49,939 nt of DNA from an uncultured Acidimicrobiaceae bacterium (GCA_964617995.1 CAZTXD010000007.1:1-49939); one strand, 5' to 3'. Shown: positions 1 to 10,192, counted from the stretch's first letter. Numbers and translations are program-made. Notes: generated by a model from the letters alone, not told the origin.

Positions 1-727
1 CCACCATCTCGGCGATGTAGCCGCGCAGCCAGTGGGAGCGCTGCGTCGTCGCCCACACGGTCAGCTGATGTTGCGTCTCGCTGAAGTGGGCGGCGACACC
101 GCGTGTCTCGATCGGCGAGCCGACCGACCGACCGAAGGTCAGCCGTCTCTCGAGGCGATGAGGAGCTCGGGCGAGCACCTCTGCCGCATCACCCACCCCG
201 ACCCGGAACCGCGAGTGGATGTTGTCCCCGAGTTCCGGATGCAGAACCGGGGCGTCCTCCTCGAGGGCCGCCTCGGGGTCCGTTACTACCGGGAGCGAGT
301 CATACGACACCTCGATCACCTCAGCCGCATCCTCGGCCTGGTACCGGTTCTCGGCCACTACGACGGCAATCGGCTCTCCGACCCGGAAGACCCGCGACTC
401 GGGAAGCACCTCCGCCCGATGATCCTTGACGAGGAGGCCGACGGCGTCGGCCACGTGGGGGGGAGTGGTGATGGCGTGACGCGTGAACGGAGCCACCCGG
501 CCCCGCAGGTCGGCACCCGTCAGCACTGCGACTACTCCCGGGGCCTGTCTGGCCCGGGTCGTGTCGATGTCGACGATCCGGGCGTGGGCTTCGGTGGAGC
601 GTACGAGGGCGGCCTCGACCATCCCGTCCATGCGAAGGTCTGCGATAAATCGGGTCCGACCGGTCAGGAGTCCGGGATCCTCCCGCCGCGGGACGGACTG
701 GCCGACCAGTCCCTCCTCAACCACCAT
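1..727 (-). CDS. Xanthine dehydrogenase/CoxL-family molybdopterin-binding large subunit, second copy, truncated at window edge
   Basis: Missing from the ORF track (no stop inside the window). Manual minus-strand translation from ATG 727 gives MVVEEGLVGQSVPRREDPGLLTGRTRFIADLRMDGMVEAALVRSTEAHARI...RVFRVGEPIAVVVAENRYQAEDAAE...GSPIETRGV...TVWATTQRSHWLRGYIAEM. Overlaps the stop of the upstream large subunit by 11 bp. Confidence 0.9.
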   Translation of the reverse strand, partial: MVVEEGLVGQSVPRREDPGLLTGRTRFIADLRMDGMVEAALVRSTEAHARIVDIDTTRARQAPGVVAVLTGADLRGRVAPFTRHAITTPPHVADAVGLLVKDHRAEVLPESRVFRVGEPIAVVVAENRYQAEDAAEVIEVSYDSLPVVTDPEAALEEDAPVLHPELGDNIHSRFRVGVGDAAEVLARAPHRLERRLTFGRSVGSPIETRGVAAHFSETQHQLTVWATTQRSHWLRGYIAEMV

Positions 728-3068
728 CTGATGTCGCAGCCTGGATCGAGCGCCAGATCCTCGCCGGACTCATCGGCATCTCGGTGATCTCGATCTCCAG
801 CGGCCGCAGAGCATGGACGATGGCGTTGGCAATCGCCGCCGGTGGCGAAACGGCGGCCCCTTCCCCGGCGCCCTTGATGCCCAGCGGGTTGAGAGGGGAG
901 AGGTGCGTCTCGTGCTCGACCGTGATCGAGGGAACGTCGGCCGCGGTGGGGAGCAGGTAGTCCATGAAGCTGGGGTTGAGGAGCTGGCCACTCTCGTCGT
1001 ATACGACCTCCTCCAGGAGCGCGTTACCGATTCCGTGAGCTACGCCTCCGTGCTGCTGCCCATCGACCACCGTCGGGTTGAGGATCTGGCCGCAGTCGTC
1101 GACGACGTAGTACTCGAGTACCGACACCATGCCCGTCTCGGGGTCGACCTCCACGACCGCGACGTGGGTACCGGACGAATAGGTCACCGTGGGGGGCACG
1201 AAGTAGTCGGTCTCCTCCAGCCCGGGATCGATGCCCTCTGGGAGCCGGCTACCGGGTCCCGGAGAGGCGGCTTCGGCGATCTCCGCCAGCGACAGGGAGG
1301 TACCCGGAACCCCTCTGACCCTGACACGGCCCTCTTCCAGCGTCAGGTCCTCCCGGCTGACCTCGAGGAGGTGGGACGCGATCGCCAGAACCTTCTCTCG
1401 AACCCTGTTCGCAGCTCCGTGAACCGCCGAACCCGCCGTGACCGCCGAGCGGCTGGCGAAGGTGCCTCCACCGTGAGCGATCAGACCCGTGTCGCCCGCT
1501 CTCACGGTTATATCGTCCGGTGAGACCCCGAGCGCGTCCGCACACACCTGGGCCAGGACCGTCTCATGACTCTGGCCATGCGGGTTGCTTCCCGAGTGGA
1601 CCGTGACGTGGCCGCTCTCGTCGACCCGGACGGTGGCCCCCTCGTGGGGTCCCAAGCCGGATCCCTCCACATGGGCCGAGACGCCGATCCCGATCAGCCT
1701 GCCCTCCGTCCGGGCGCTTTCCTGGCGGTCTCGGAATCCGGCGTAGTCGGAGAGAGCGAGGGCCTTTTCCAACTGGGCGGGGTAGTCGCCCGAGTCGTAC
1801 ACGAGTCTGCCGCCGTCCCGGTACAGCATCCCCATGTCATACGGCATCAGCTCGCCGGGAATGAGATTCCTGCGCCGGACGTCGGCGGGATCCTCCTTCA
1901 GGTAGGCGGCGACCATGTCCACGATGCGGTCGATGACGAAGGTGGCCGACGTTCTGCCCGCCCCCCTGACGGGGGTGTTGTCGCGCTTGTTCGTGAGGAC
2001 GCAGATTCCCTCCACGTCGAAGTTGTCGATCTTGAACTCGTTGCGGAGGTGGGCGGCGGTGTTGTAGGAGAGGGTGATCACGAACGGGTTGTAGGCCCCC
2101 GCATCGACCAGGAAGCGATCCTTCAGCCCCAGGATCCTCCCATCGCCGTTGAATGCCACCTCGACGTCGTGATACTGGTCCCGGGTATGTCGGGCGTTTG
2201 CCAGGTTCTCCCGACGATCCTCGATCCAACGGATCGGGCGCCCCAGCTGAGTAGCCAGGAACGGGATGAAGATCTCCTCGTTGTAGATGCCACCACCGAA
2301 GCTCCCACCCATGTCCGGTGAGATCACCCGAATGTGGTCCTCCGGCAGGCCGAGCATCTCAGACAGGTAGCTGCGGAGCATGTGGGGCTTCTGCTGAGTT
2401 GCCCACATCACCATTTGATTCGTCGACCGGTCGAACTCGGCCACCACCCCCCTCGTTTCCATGGGCGAGCCGATCGAGCGACCGACGGTGATGCGGGTCG
2501 AAAGTGTGTGCTCGGCCTCCCGGAAGGCACGGGCGATGTCGCCGGCGCCGGTATGGAAGGAGCAGTGGATGTTGCCGGGGACGTCCGGATGGAGCTGCGG
2601 GGCGTCCTCTCGCATCGCCGTGAACGGATCCGTCAGCGCTTCGAGCGGCTCGTACTCCACCTCGATCAGCTCGAGAGCGTCCTCGGCCACGTAACGGCTC
2701 TCCGCCAGGACCACCGCCACCGGCTCCCCGACACGGAACACCTTCTGCTCCGCCAGCAGCTGGGCGCGATATGGCCGCACGACCAGATTGGTCTCGCGGG
2801 CGACGTGCTCGGGGATCGTCTTGTAGAACGTGCGAGTGATCGGACCCACCTTGCCTCTCAGGTCCGCTGCGGTCACCACCGACACGACCCCGTCCAGATC
2901 TCGTGCCCGCGAAGTGTCGAGACGGGTGATCACGCCATGGGCGATGGGGCTGCGGAGGATGGCGGCCTCCACCATCCCGCGGAGGTGGATGTCACCCACG
3001 TACTGACCGCGACCCGTGATCAGATGATGGTCCTCCTTGCGGGGCACCCTCTGGCCGACGTAACTCAT
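717..3068 (-). CDS. Xanthine dehydrogenase/CoxL-family molybdopterin-binding large subunit
   Basis: Starts [13 protein letters not shown] with ATGA overlap on the small subunit. Motifs GGSFGGG, PVRGAGR, GQSHET, GGTFASRS, VDDCG..NP..VDGQ.HGG, KGAGEG. Confidence 0.95.
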   Translation of the reverse strand: MSYVGQRVPRKEDHHLITGRGQYVGDIHLRGMVEAAILRSPIAHGVITRLDTSRARDLDGVVSVVTAADLRGKVGPITRTFYKTIPEHVARETNLVVRPYRAQLLAEQKVFRVGEPVAVVLAESRYVAEDALELIEVEYEPLEALTDPFTAMREDAPQLHPDVPGNIHCSFHTGAGDIARAFREAEHTLSTRITVGRSIGSPMETRGVVAEFDRSTNQMVMWATQQKPHMLRSYLSEMLGLPEDHIRVISPDMGGSFGGGIYNEEIFIPFLATQLGRPIRWIEDRRENLANARHTRDQYHDVEVAFNGDGRILGLKDRFLVDAGAYNPFVITLSYNTAAHLRNEFKIDNFDVEGICVLTNKRDNTPVRGAGRTSATFVIDRIVDMVAAYLKEDPADVRRRNLIPGELMPYDMGMLYRDGGRLVYDSGDYPAQLEKALALSDYAGFRDRQESARTEGRLIGIGVSAHVEGSGLGPHEGATVRVDESGHVTVHSGSNPHGQSHETVLAQVCADALGVSPDDITVRAGDTGLIAHGGGTFASRSAVTAGSAVHGAANRVREKVLAIASHLLEVSREDLTLEEGRVRVRGVPGTSLSLAEIAEAASPGPGSRLPEGIDPGLEETDYFVPPTVTYSSGTHVAVVEVDPETGMVSVLEYYVVDDCGQILNPTVVDGQQHGGVAHGIGNALLEEVVYDESGQLLNPSFMDYLLPTAADVPSITVEHETHLSPLNPLGIKGAGEGAAVSPPAAIANAIVHALRPLEIEITEMPMSPARIWRSIQAATSDGG

Positions 3069-3541
3069 GTCCGCTTCTCCGCCAGTTCCTGAACGGCGAG
3101 GACGATGTTGTGATAGCCGGTGCAGCGACACAGGTTGCCCGACAGGCGCTCCCTGATCTCCCTCTCATCGGGGGAGGGCCCCTCTTCCAGATATTCGACC
3201 ACACTCATGAGGAACCCGGGGGTGCAGAAACCGCACTGGAGGGCGTGATGGCGGGAGAACGCCTCCTGTACCGGATGCAGCGTTCCATCCGGCCCCTCCA
3301 ATCCCTCGACCGTTCTCAGCTCCTGCCCGTCCGCCTGCACGGCGAGCATCAAGCAGGAACGGACCGTGCGACCGTTGACCAGGATCGTGCAGGCGCCACA
3401 CACCCCGTGTTCACATCCCAGATGGGTACCTGTCAGACCGACCACGTCGCGGAGAAAGTCCGCCAGCGTCATCCGCGCCTCGACCGACCCTCGGATCTCC
3501 TCCCCGTTCACCACGAAGGAAACGGCCATCTCGCTCGTCAT
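3065..3541 (-). CDS. [2Fe-2S] small subunit of Mo-hydroxylase (CoxS-like)
   Basis: [19 protein letters not shown] and NLCRCTGY motifs. Confidence 0.96.
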   Translation of the reverse strand: MTSEMAVSFVVNGEEIRGSVEARMTLADFLRDVVGLTGTHLGCEHGVCGACTILVNGRTVRSCLMLAVQADGQELRTVEGLEGPDGTLHPVQEAFSRHHALQCGFCTPGFLMSVVEYLEEGPSPDEREIRERLSGNLCRCTGYHNIVLAVQELAEKRT

Positions 3542-4416
3542 CGCTCGGCTCCCGTCGATCGGGTTCGTGCAGCTTGCAGGGCTCGCAACGTCACCACCTT
3601 GGCCAGATGACGTTTGTACTCGGCGGGACCGTGCACGTCCTCCAGGGGGTCTACGACCGAGTCGATGGCCTCGGCGGCCGCTCGCAAGAGTTCGTCGGTC
3701 GGTTCCTGGCCGATCAGCATCTGCTCTGCCTCATCTCCCCGAACTGCCGTCATCCCGGCGGACATCACGCTGATGCGGGCGTCGGAGACGACACCCTCCT
3801 CCAGATGCAGGACGCTGCCCGCTCCCGCCATGGCGAAGTCCCCGTGGCGTCGGGACACCTCGACGAAGGCTGTTCCCGCGCTGGGAGGAGGCAGCTGCAT
3901 CTCCACTTCCACCAGGAGCTCATCCGGCGCCAGGGCGGTCGCCATGTAGGAGATGAACATCTCACTTGCGGAAACGGTGCGTTTCTCCGTTCGGCTGCGG
4001 AGGTGGAACTGGGCGTCGAACAAGAGGGCCAGCGCCGGCCACTCGGCGGCTGGGTCGGCGTGGGCCATGCTCCCACCGACCGTGCCCCGGTTCCTGATCG
4101 CCACATGACCGATCTGGGATACCGCTTCGTTGATGGCGGGACACCGGAGCTTCAGTTCTGCATGTGTTTCGAGGCTGCGGTGCGTTGCCAGCGCTCCCAT
4201 CGACAGCACGCCGTCGCCGCCGAGTTCGACGTGCTCCAGATCCCTGAGCCGTGTGATGTCGGTCAGATGCCGGGGCCGGGCCATTCGGAATGCGAGGAGT
4301 GGTATGAGGCTCTGGCCACCGGCGAGCACCTTGCTTTCGTCACCGATCTCGTGGAGTGTCTCCAGCGCCTCCTCGATCGTTTCGGGCCGGGCGTACTCGA
4401 ATGGTGGTGGCTTCAT
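3538..4416 (-). CDS. FAD-binding medium subunit of Mo-hydroxylase (CoxM-like)
   Basis: MKPPPFEY, LAGGQSL, IRNRGTVGGS.AHADPAAE, RRHGDFA. Confidence 0.96.
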   Translation of the reverse strand: MKPPPFEYARPETIEEALETLHEIGDESKVLAGGQSLIPLLAFRMARPRHLTDITRLRDLEHVELGGDGVLSMGALATHRSLETHAELKLRCPAINEAVSQIGHVAIRNRGTVGGSMAHADPAAEWPALALLFDAQFHLRSRTEKRTVSASEMFISYMATALAPDELLVEVEMQLPPPSAGTAFVEVSRRHGDFAMAGAGSVLHLEEGVVSDARISVMSAGMTAVRGDEAEQMLIGQEPTDELLRAAAEAIDSVVDPLEDVHGPAEYKRHLAKVVTLRALQAARTRSTGAER

Positions 4417-4528
4417 CCTGGCGTGCCTCTCTCATCGTGGAGTCTCCCTCTGTCACGTTCGGACGGGCGACTCCCGATCCCCGACGAACTCCGTCGCTGT
4501 CGAGTCCCCACCGACGCATGCGCCGTCC

Positions 4529-5329
4529 TCACGTGGGCGCTTTGTCGTCGTAGTAGCCCCACCGTTCCAGGACCGTGTCGACGAGTCGCCCTTCGATTTC
4601 GGTGATCCGGGGATCCTCGTATCGCCGCGGGCGGGGAAGGTCGATCGTGTGCTGGTCGAATATCTCTCCCGGCCCTGCCGTCATCAGGTAGATGTGATCC
4701 GACAGGTAGACGGCTTCACGAAGCGAGTGGGTGACGAAGACGATGGTGGCGCCGGTTCGCTCCCAGAGCTCGAGCAGTTCGCTCCTCAGGAACCTCCCTG
4801 TCACCTCGTCCAGGGTGCTGAACGGTTCGTCCATGAGGATGAACGCCGGTTGTACGGCCAGGGCTCGGGCGATGGCGACCCTGGCACGCTGGCCACCGGA
4901 GAGGTTCAGCGGCCAGGCGTTCTCGTACGACTCGAGGCGGAGCATCTTGAGATGCCGTCTGATCGTGTCATCCCATGTGTTCTCCGGGATGCCTGCTGCC
5001 TTGAGAGCGAGGGCGATATTCTGACTCACCGTCCGCCAGGGAAGGAGGCGGGCGTCCTGGAAGACATACCCACAGGGTGGGAGGTCGGAGGTGGCCCTTT
5101 GCCCGTCCTTGACGAACGTCTTGCCGTCGATGGCAACGGTTCCTCGCTGGGGGGTGAACAATCCTGAGAGAATGCTGAGGAGTGTGGACTTACCGCAGCC
5201 ACTCGGACCGACGATGCAGGCGAACTCTCCCTTGGTGACCTTGAGATCGACGGACCGGATAGCGGGTTGCGAGAGACCCCGGTACCAGAACGTCAAGTCC
5301 TCGATGTCGATGTAATCGAAGGCTGTCAT
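4529..5329 (-). CDS. NitT/TauT-family ABC transporter ATP-binding protein
   Basis: Walker A GPSGCGKS, YVFQDARLLPWRTV, LSGGQ, Walker B ILMDEPF, VTH switch. Start placed at ATG 5329. Confidence 0.93.
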   Translation of the reverse strand: MTAFDYIDIEDLTFWYRGLSQPAIRSVDLKVTKGEFACIVGPSGCGKSTLLSILSGLFTPQRGTVAIDGKTFVKDGQRATSDLPPCGYVFQDARLLPWRTVSQNIALALKAAGIPENTWDDTIRRHLKMLRLESYENAWPLNLSGGQRARVAIARALAVQPAFILMDEPFSTLDEVTGRFLRSELLELWERTGATIVFVTHSLREAVYLSDHIYLMTAGPGEIFDQHTIDLPRPRRYEDPRITEIEGRLVDTVLERWGYYDDKAPT

Positions 5330-5525
5330 CTCGATGAGCTTCCTACCACCCGCTCCGGCCAACAGCAGGGCCCGGGCAGTTCTATCCGTCGCTTCCGACA
5401 GGATCCGGGTCGTGATCGGTGGCGCCGGCCCCGGATACCCGTTGTCTCTCGATGACCGCGAATGGGATTGTCCGGTATCAGTGAATCCATTGGTACGAGA
5501 TTCCGTGGCTCCTCCGGCACGTGCC

Positions 5526-5538
5526 GTATATTATACGC
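5526..5538. promoter_or_regulatory. Candidate GntR operator (GTRTATTATRCRC, copy 1)
   Basis: GTATATTATACGC, overlapping the palindrome CGTATA-T-TATACG (5525-5537), in the divergent promoter region. 10/13 identical to the site at 10226. Confidence 0.5.
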
Positions 5539-5593
5539 AGATCTTGACCTACGGCATTGAAACGGCCGATTTCCGGATGGTCCGAGGAGAGAG

Positions 5594-6577
5594 ATGCGTA
5601 TAGATACCTTTGCCCATGCCCTTCCTCCCCGGTTCCGGGATACCGTATTGGACGAAGTCAACAATGGCCACGATCTCGTCAACTGGCATTCGTTGCGTCG
5701 ACTTTTCGATGTGGAGGAGCGCCTCGCATTGATGGATGAGTTGGGGATCGATATGCAGATCGTAACCACCCCGTCACCTCCGCTCGAGACCATGTTCCAA
5801 CCGGAGGTGGCCTGCCGGCTCGCCGAGCTCGCCAACCGGGAGATGGCCAGGTTGGTGGCCAAGCATCCTCGTCGACTGCTTGGCGTGGCGACGGTCCCCT
5901 TGGTCGATCCAGAGTGGGCTATCCAGGAGGTCCGTCACGCGGTCACAGAGCTCGGCCTTCTCGGTCCGTTGGTGTACACGCACGTGAACGGGCGGGCGCT
6001 GGATCAACCGAGCCTGGAGCCGTTCTGGCTCGAGATGGAGAGACTGGGTGCACCGGTGTGGCTCCACCCTGACAGGCCGAACACCCCGGGCGATTACGTG
6101 AACGAGGACGACTCCCGCTACGGGCTGTTCCTCGTCCTGGGCTGGCCGTACGAGACGTCGGTGGCCATGGCCCGCCTGGTCCTGAGTGGCGTGATCGGGA
6201 GGCACCCCAACCTCGACATCATCGTCCACCACGGGGGAGGGATGATCCCGTTCTTCCATCGGCGGATCGAGATGAACTATCAGGCCGGGCAACGGCGCGT
6301 TCCGATGCCGGAAGACGAGTCGGTCGATCTGGGTCGAGATCTGCGACGTTTCTACGTCGATACCGTGCTTCAGGGCGCTACATCGGCTCTCGCTACATCC
6401 GTAGATTTCTTCGGTTCTGACCGGGTCCTCTTCGCCACCGACATGCCGTTCGGTCCCGATGATGGGCTACAGTTCGCCCGGGGCTCGATCCAATCGATCG
6501 AACGGCTCCCGGAGTCTCAACGCGAGGTAATTCTCGGTGACAACGCAATCAAACTCCTTGGAATCGATCGGCTCTGA
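5594..6577 (+). CDS. Amidohydrolase_2 family protein (ACMSD/aromatic decarboxylase-like)
   Basis: IDTFAH, RLALMDELGIDMQ, ANREMA, WLHP, GWPYET, HHGGG.IPF, YVDT, LFATD.PF. Confidence 0.9.
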   Translation: MRIDTFAHALPPRFRDTVLDEVNNGHDLVNWHSLRRLFDVEERLALMDELGIDMQIVTTPSPPLETMFQPEVACRLAELANREMARLVAKHPRRLLGVATVPLVDPEWAIQEVRHAVTELGLLGPLVYTHVNGRALDQPSLEPFWLEMERLGAPVWLHPDRPNTPGDYVNEDDSRYGLFLVLGWPYETSVAMARLVLSGVIGRHPNLDIIVHHGGGMIPFFHRRIEMNYQAGQRRVPMPEDESVDLGRDLRRFYVDTVLQGATSALATSVDFFGSDRVLFATDMPFGPDDGLQFARGSIQSIERLPESQREVILGDNAIKLLGIDRL

Positions 6578-7262
6578 GTCCAGGGCGAAGACGCTGAGTC
6601 GAAAGACGGTTGCCCATCAGGTAGCGGCGGTTCTGCGTGACGAGATCCTCCGGGCCGAGCAGGCTCCGGGCGCCCGACTTCGACAGGAGGAGATCGCCAG
6701 CCGGTTGGGGGTGAGCACCACACCGGTGCGGGAGGCGTTTCGCATCCTGGAAGCAGAGGGTCTGGTCCGGCTGGATCCGGGCCGGGGCGTCCTGGTCTTC
6801 CGACCATCGATCGAGGAAGTACGCGAGACCTACGAGATCAGAGAGACCCTCGAGATGCTGGCAATTCGTCACGCCGTGGAGACCCTCACCGGGACGGAAA
6901 TCGAAGAATTGGAGGGGATCCTCGACCAGCTGGATCGCACGTCGGATCGTGACGAATGGATCCGCCTCAACAACCGCTACCACGACCAAATGTATTCATT
7001 TGCGTCGCGTCCCAAGCTCCGGTCGATCATCGTCTCGCTGCGCGACTCGATGGCCGGCTACATGCACAGCGCCATTCACAGGGCGATCGAGTCCGGTCGA
7101 GCTGCCCGCGAGCACCGCGCCATCCTGGAAGCATGCCGGAGCGGGGATGTGGTCCGGGCACAGGACGCGGTCCGCGTCCACCTCCATCACACGGTCGAGT
7201 TGGCCTTGGCGTTTCTCGAAGAGTCGAGGGTGAAGGAGGACGGCCGAGGCGGAGTGGCCTGA
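6537..7262 (+). CDS. GntR family (FCD) transcriptional regulator
   Basis: PGARL.QEEIA.RLGVS.TPVREA HTH and FCD-type N..YH and EH..IL motifs. Exact start uncertain (GTG 6537 or TTG 6558). Confidence 0.9.
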   Translation: MTTQSNSLESIGSESRAKTLSRKTVAHQVAAVLRDEILRAEQAPGARLRQEEIASRLGVSTTPVREAFRILEAEGLVRLDPGRGVLVFRPSIEEVRETYEIRETLEMLAIRHAVETLTGTEIEELEGILDQLDRTSDRDEWIRLNNRYHDQMYSFASRPKLRSIIVSLRDSMAGYMHSAIHRAIESGRAAREHRAILEACRSGDVVRAQDAVRVHLHHTVELALAFLEESRVKEDGRGGVA

Positions 7263-7378
7263 TTTCGCCGTAGTTTCACCAAATCGCCTGGTTCCTATGG
7301 CGTCGCTCTCGACGAATAACGGGCGCGCCATCTACGTCGCAGGCCTCGCGTCGATTGCGGTCGACCCGGGTACGAACC

Positions 7379-8194
7379 TCAGGCCCGCCAGGCAAAGATT
7401 CGTTCCTCCGACTTCCTGAAAACGTACTGATCGACCAGCACCATGATCAGCGTGAAGACGAGCGTCCACGCGACCACTTTGTCCGGTCGCAGGAGTCGGA
7501 AGAAGAAGCCCAGCTGACCACCCACGCCTTCCGAGGTCGTCAGTGCTTCCACGATCAGCACGATCTTCCAGGAGAAGGCGAAAGCGAATCGAATGGACGC
7601 GAATATGGGAGCAGCGATCTGAGGGAGAAGCAGGTCTCTCATCCACTCACGCCGGTTCCAGCGATAGACCTTTGTCATCTCCTCGAGACCCGGATCGATC
7701 GCACGGACACCTTGGTGAACGATGTTGACCACGAATGGCGTTACCGCGACCGTGAGGGCTACGAGTCGAGACGACTCCTGGACGCCGAGCAGGAGTATCG
7801 CAAAGAGGATTATCACCGGGCCCGGAAGCGCGAGACCGACCATCACCCAAGGCGACAGGAAGGCCTCGACGATCCTCGATCGACCCATCCAGATACCAAT
7901 TGCGACCCCCAGGAGAACAGAGATGATCCAAGCGAGTACCACTCGACGCATGCTGATGGCGATGTGGCCGTAGATTTCTCCTGATACGAAGGCGTCTACG
8001 AAGGAAGTCGTGACGCGCCAGGGGGTGGGAAGAAACGGCCTGAATACCGGCGTCAGCGGCCACCAGATGGCGATCGTGGCAACCACCGCAGCAAAATACG
8101 GCAACGTCTTCGAGAATAGGGTGTCGCTCTTCTGTGGGCTTGTGGGCGGTGCGGGTTCCGCCGTAACAACATCCCATCCGCCCTGCACCGTCAT
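7379..8194 (-). CDS. NitT/TauT ABC transporter permease
   Basis: Multiple TM segments, EAA-like loop GVRAIDPGLEEMTKVY, AFSWKIVLIVE. Confidence 0.9.
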   Translation of the reverse strand: MTVQGGWDVVTAEPAPPTSPQKSDTLFSKTLPYFAAVVATIAIWWPLTPVFRPFLPTPWRVTTSFVDAFVSGEIYGHIAISMRRVVLAWIISVLLGVAIGIWMGRSRIVEAFLSPWVMVGLALPGPVIILFAILLLGVQESSRLVALTVAVTPFVVNIVHQGVRAIDPGLEEMTKVYRWNRREWMRDLLLPQIAAPIFASIRFAFAFSWKIVLIVEALTTSEGVGGQLGFFFRLLRPDKVVAWTLVFTLIMVLVDQYVFRKSEERIFAWRA

Positions 8195-8271
8195 TGCCGC
8201 CCCCGCCACACTCTAGGTTTGCCATTTGAGGTCAACTCGTGGCTCGAAGCTGATTCCATGAACAGCACCAT

Positions 8272-9075
8272 CTACGTACTGCTCCGCGCCTCGCGCCAAC
8301 GGAAGACCCGTCGTTCCCAGGGGCGGAACAGACCAAACTCCACGCTGAACACGACGATCAGGAAGAACACCACCCAGACAACAAGCCTGTCGAGGGCGAA
8401 ATAGTCGTAGGCCCGGTTGTACTCGGATCCGATCCCAGCCTGCTGCGCAGAGAAGACCTCAGTGACTACGACGATCTTCCACGCGAGCGCATAGGCGTTG
8501 CGTAACGCCGCAAACAAGAATGGAGCCATCTCCGGTATCGAGACATGCCGCAGCCGTTGAGGGGTAGTCAGCCGGTACACACGCGACATGTCGTTCAGGT
8601 GCCTGTCGAGTGACTCGAAGCCTTCGTGGAGGCTCACGACGACGAAGGGGAAGATGACGGCGGCAACCGAGACATAGACCGAGACGTTCGACAGGCCGAA
8701 GACGGTCAAGCAAAAGAGAGCAAACGCCAGGGACGGCGTGCTGATGGTCACATAGACAGAGAGGCTGAAGAAGCGCCGCCACCAGTGGCTGGCTCGCCCT
8801 GCCATTGCGACAAGGAAAGCAAGGACGTAGCCGGCCGTGAGCCCCACCACGAGCCGTTGCACAGATAGGAGAATGTTCCGGTAGGTGGCAGGCTCGGCGA
8901 CCACGATTAGGCCCTCTTCCCACACCTCGAGGGGGGATGGGAGAAACCTCGTCAGAGGATGCAATAGGAACCATAGAGCAAGGAGGATCCCGACCCCGAC
9001 CGGGGGAAGACCGTACTGGAGCACCCGGTCGAGATGCCCACCCGGGGAAGGGAGTTGTTCTGATGCAACGGCCAT
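8272..9075 (-). CDS. NitT/TauT ABC transporter permease
   Basis: TM segments, EGFESLDRHLNDMSRVY, ALAWKIVVVTE. Paralogous to the neighbouring permease. Confidence 0.9.
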   Translation of the reverse strand: MAVASEQLPSPGGHLDRVLQYGLPPVGVGILLALWFLLHPLTRFLPSPLEVWEEGLIVVAEPATYRNILLSVQRLVVGLTAGYVLAFLVAMAGRASHWWRRFFSLSVYVTISTPSLAFALFCLTVFGLSNVSVYVSVAAVIFPFVVVSLHEGFESLDRHLNDMSRVYRLTTPQRLRHVSIPEMAPFLFAALRNAYALAWKIVVVTEVFSAQQAGIGSEYNRAYDYFALDRLVVWVVFFLIVVFSVEFGLFRPWERRVFRWREARSST

Positions 9076-9095
9076 GAGGTCTCAGCGAATTGTAA

Positions 9096-9126
9096 GAGAG
9101 GAGGCTGGGCAGGCCAGCCTCCTCTC
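9096..9126 (-). terminator. 13-bp perfect stem-loop between the binding-protein and permease genes (attenuator or mRNA stabiliser)
   Basis: GAGAGGAGGCTGG-gcagg-CCAGCCTCCTCTC. Confidence 0.7.
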
Positions 9127-9145
9127 CGCTTGTTTCTGGGAACGG

Positions 9146-10192
9146 TCAGTCTTCGATATTGCTGACAACTCCTCCGGGGTTCTCCGAGATCAGCACGTCC
9201 TGCTCGGCCGCGAGGTCAACCCACGCCTCGACCCCCTCCCGAACTTCGGGGCTCCAGTCGTTGGTGAACAGAGGGATCGCGGTGACCTGTTCGGCGATGA
9301 GCTCTAGGACCTCGGGGTCATCCTGACCCAACAGGGTTCGGTAAGGCTCCTCCGTGATCCGCGCCGGATCCTCCAAGATCCACTCGATAGCGTCGTCCCA
9401 TGATGCCTTCACAGCGCGAGCGAGATCGGGATTCGCGTCGAGCCACTCGTCCGAAGCTGCCATCTCTGAAAGATGCGAGATCGCGCCGCCGGGGAGCTCA
9501 ACGCCGGCGGTAGGTCCGAACATACAGCGCGCACCTACCTGGATCATTGCTCGGCTCTGGTGGGGTACGAAGTTGAAGATCGCTTCCACCTCGTCATCTT
9601 GGAGAAGCTCGACCAGCGCCGGAGGTCCTGTCGTCACCAGGTTGTAATCGTCGAGGAGGTTGAACCCATAGAGGGTATGCAACACGATCGTGAAGCTCGT
9701 CGTTGTTCCTGAGTCCACCCCGAAGTGTCCAACATCTAGACCTATGAGGTCTTCAGGACTCTCATACGGTGCGTCCTCCTTCACGAGGATGCAGTTGTTG
9801 TTGTTGAGGATCGGGTAGAACACCGACACATTCAGGCCCTCCGTGCGGGCGATCGCCGCCCCAATCGCGTCGTAGTCGAAAGCGACGTCGGACTCGCCTT
9901 GGAGGAAGAATGTCTCCGATGCGTCAGGATCGTTGTAGAAGAACTCACCTCGATAGCCATTGGCTTCGTCGAGCCCGTTTTCCTCCACGATCAGGGCCGC
10001 CACACCGGTGAGTCCTCCGCTGAGTGCAGAGATCCTCACCACGGGCAACTCGGCCGTAGTCGTTTCTGTAGGGGCTTCGGTGGTGGGTGCGTCATCCGAG
10101 GCTGTCGTCGGGGTCACTTCATCGCCACCACAAGCGACGACGAGGAATGCAACCACCATCATCATGCTCAGCCAAGCTCTACGTTCTCCCAT
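9146..10192 (-). CDS. ABC substrate-binding lipoprotein (NMT1/TauA-like)
   Basis: ATG 10192 after a GAAGGGAG RBS, lipobox VVAC, Thr/Ala/Pro-rich linker, SPEDLIG..VG...VDSGTT motif. Confidence 0.88.
   Translation of the reverse strand: MGERRAWLSMMMVVAFLVVACGGDEVTPTTASDDAPTTEAPTETTTAELPVVRISALSGGLTGVAALIVEENGLDEANGYRGEFFYNDPDASETFFLQGESDVAFDYDAIGAAIARTEGLNVSVFYPILNNNNCILVKEDAPYESPEDLIGLDVGHFGVDSGTTTSFTIVLHTLYGFNLLDDYNLVTTGPPALVELLQDDEVEAIFNFVPHQSRAMIQVGARCMFGPTAGVELPGGAISHLSEMAASDEWLDANPDLARAVKASWDDAIEWILEDPARITEEPYRTLLGQDDPEVLELIAEQVTAIPLFTNDWSPEVREGVEAWVDLAAEQDVLISENPGGVVSNIED

Noticed and set aside
32-787. + strand 251-aa ORF and the many long antisense ORFs across the window
   Set aside because: Shadow frames of GC-rich genes on the opposite strand. 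The real gene here is the minus-strand Mo subunit.
717-4416. Calling the cluster aerobic CO dehydrogenase (coxMSL)
   Set aside because: Lacks the form I AYxCSFR motif and coxDEF accessory genes, and the context is organic-substrate catabolism.
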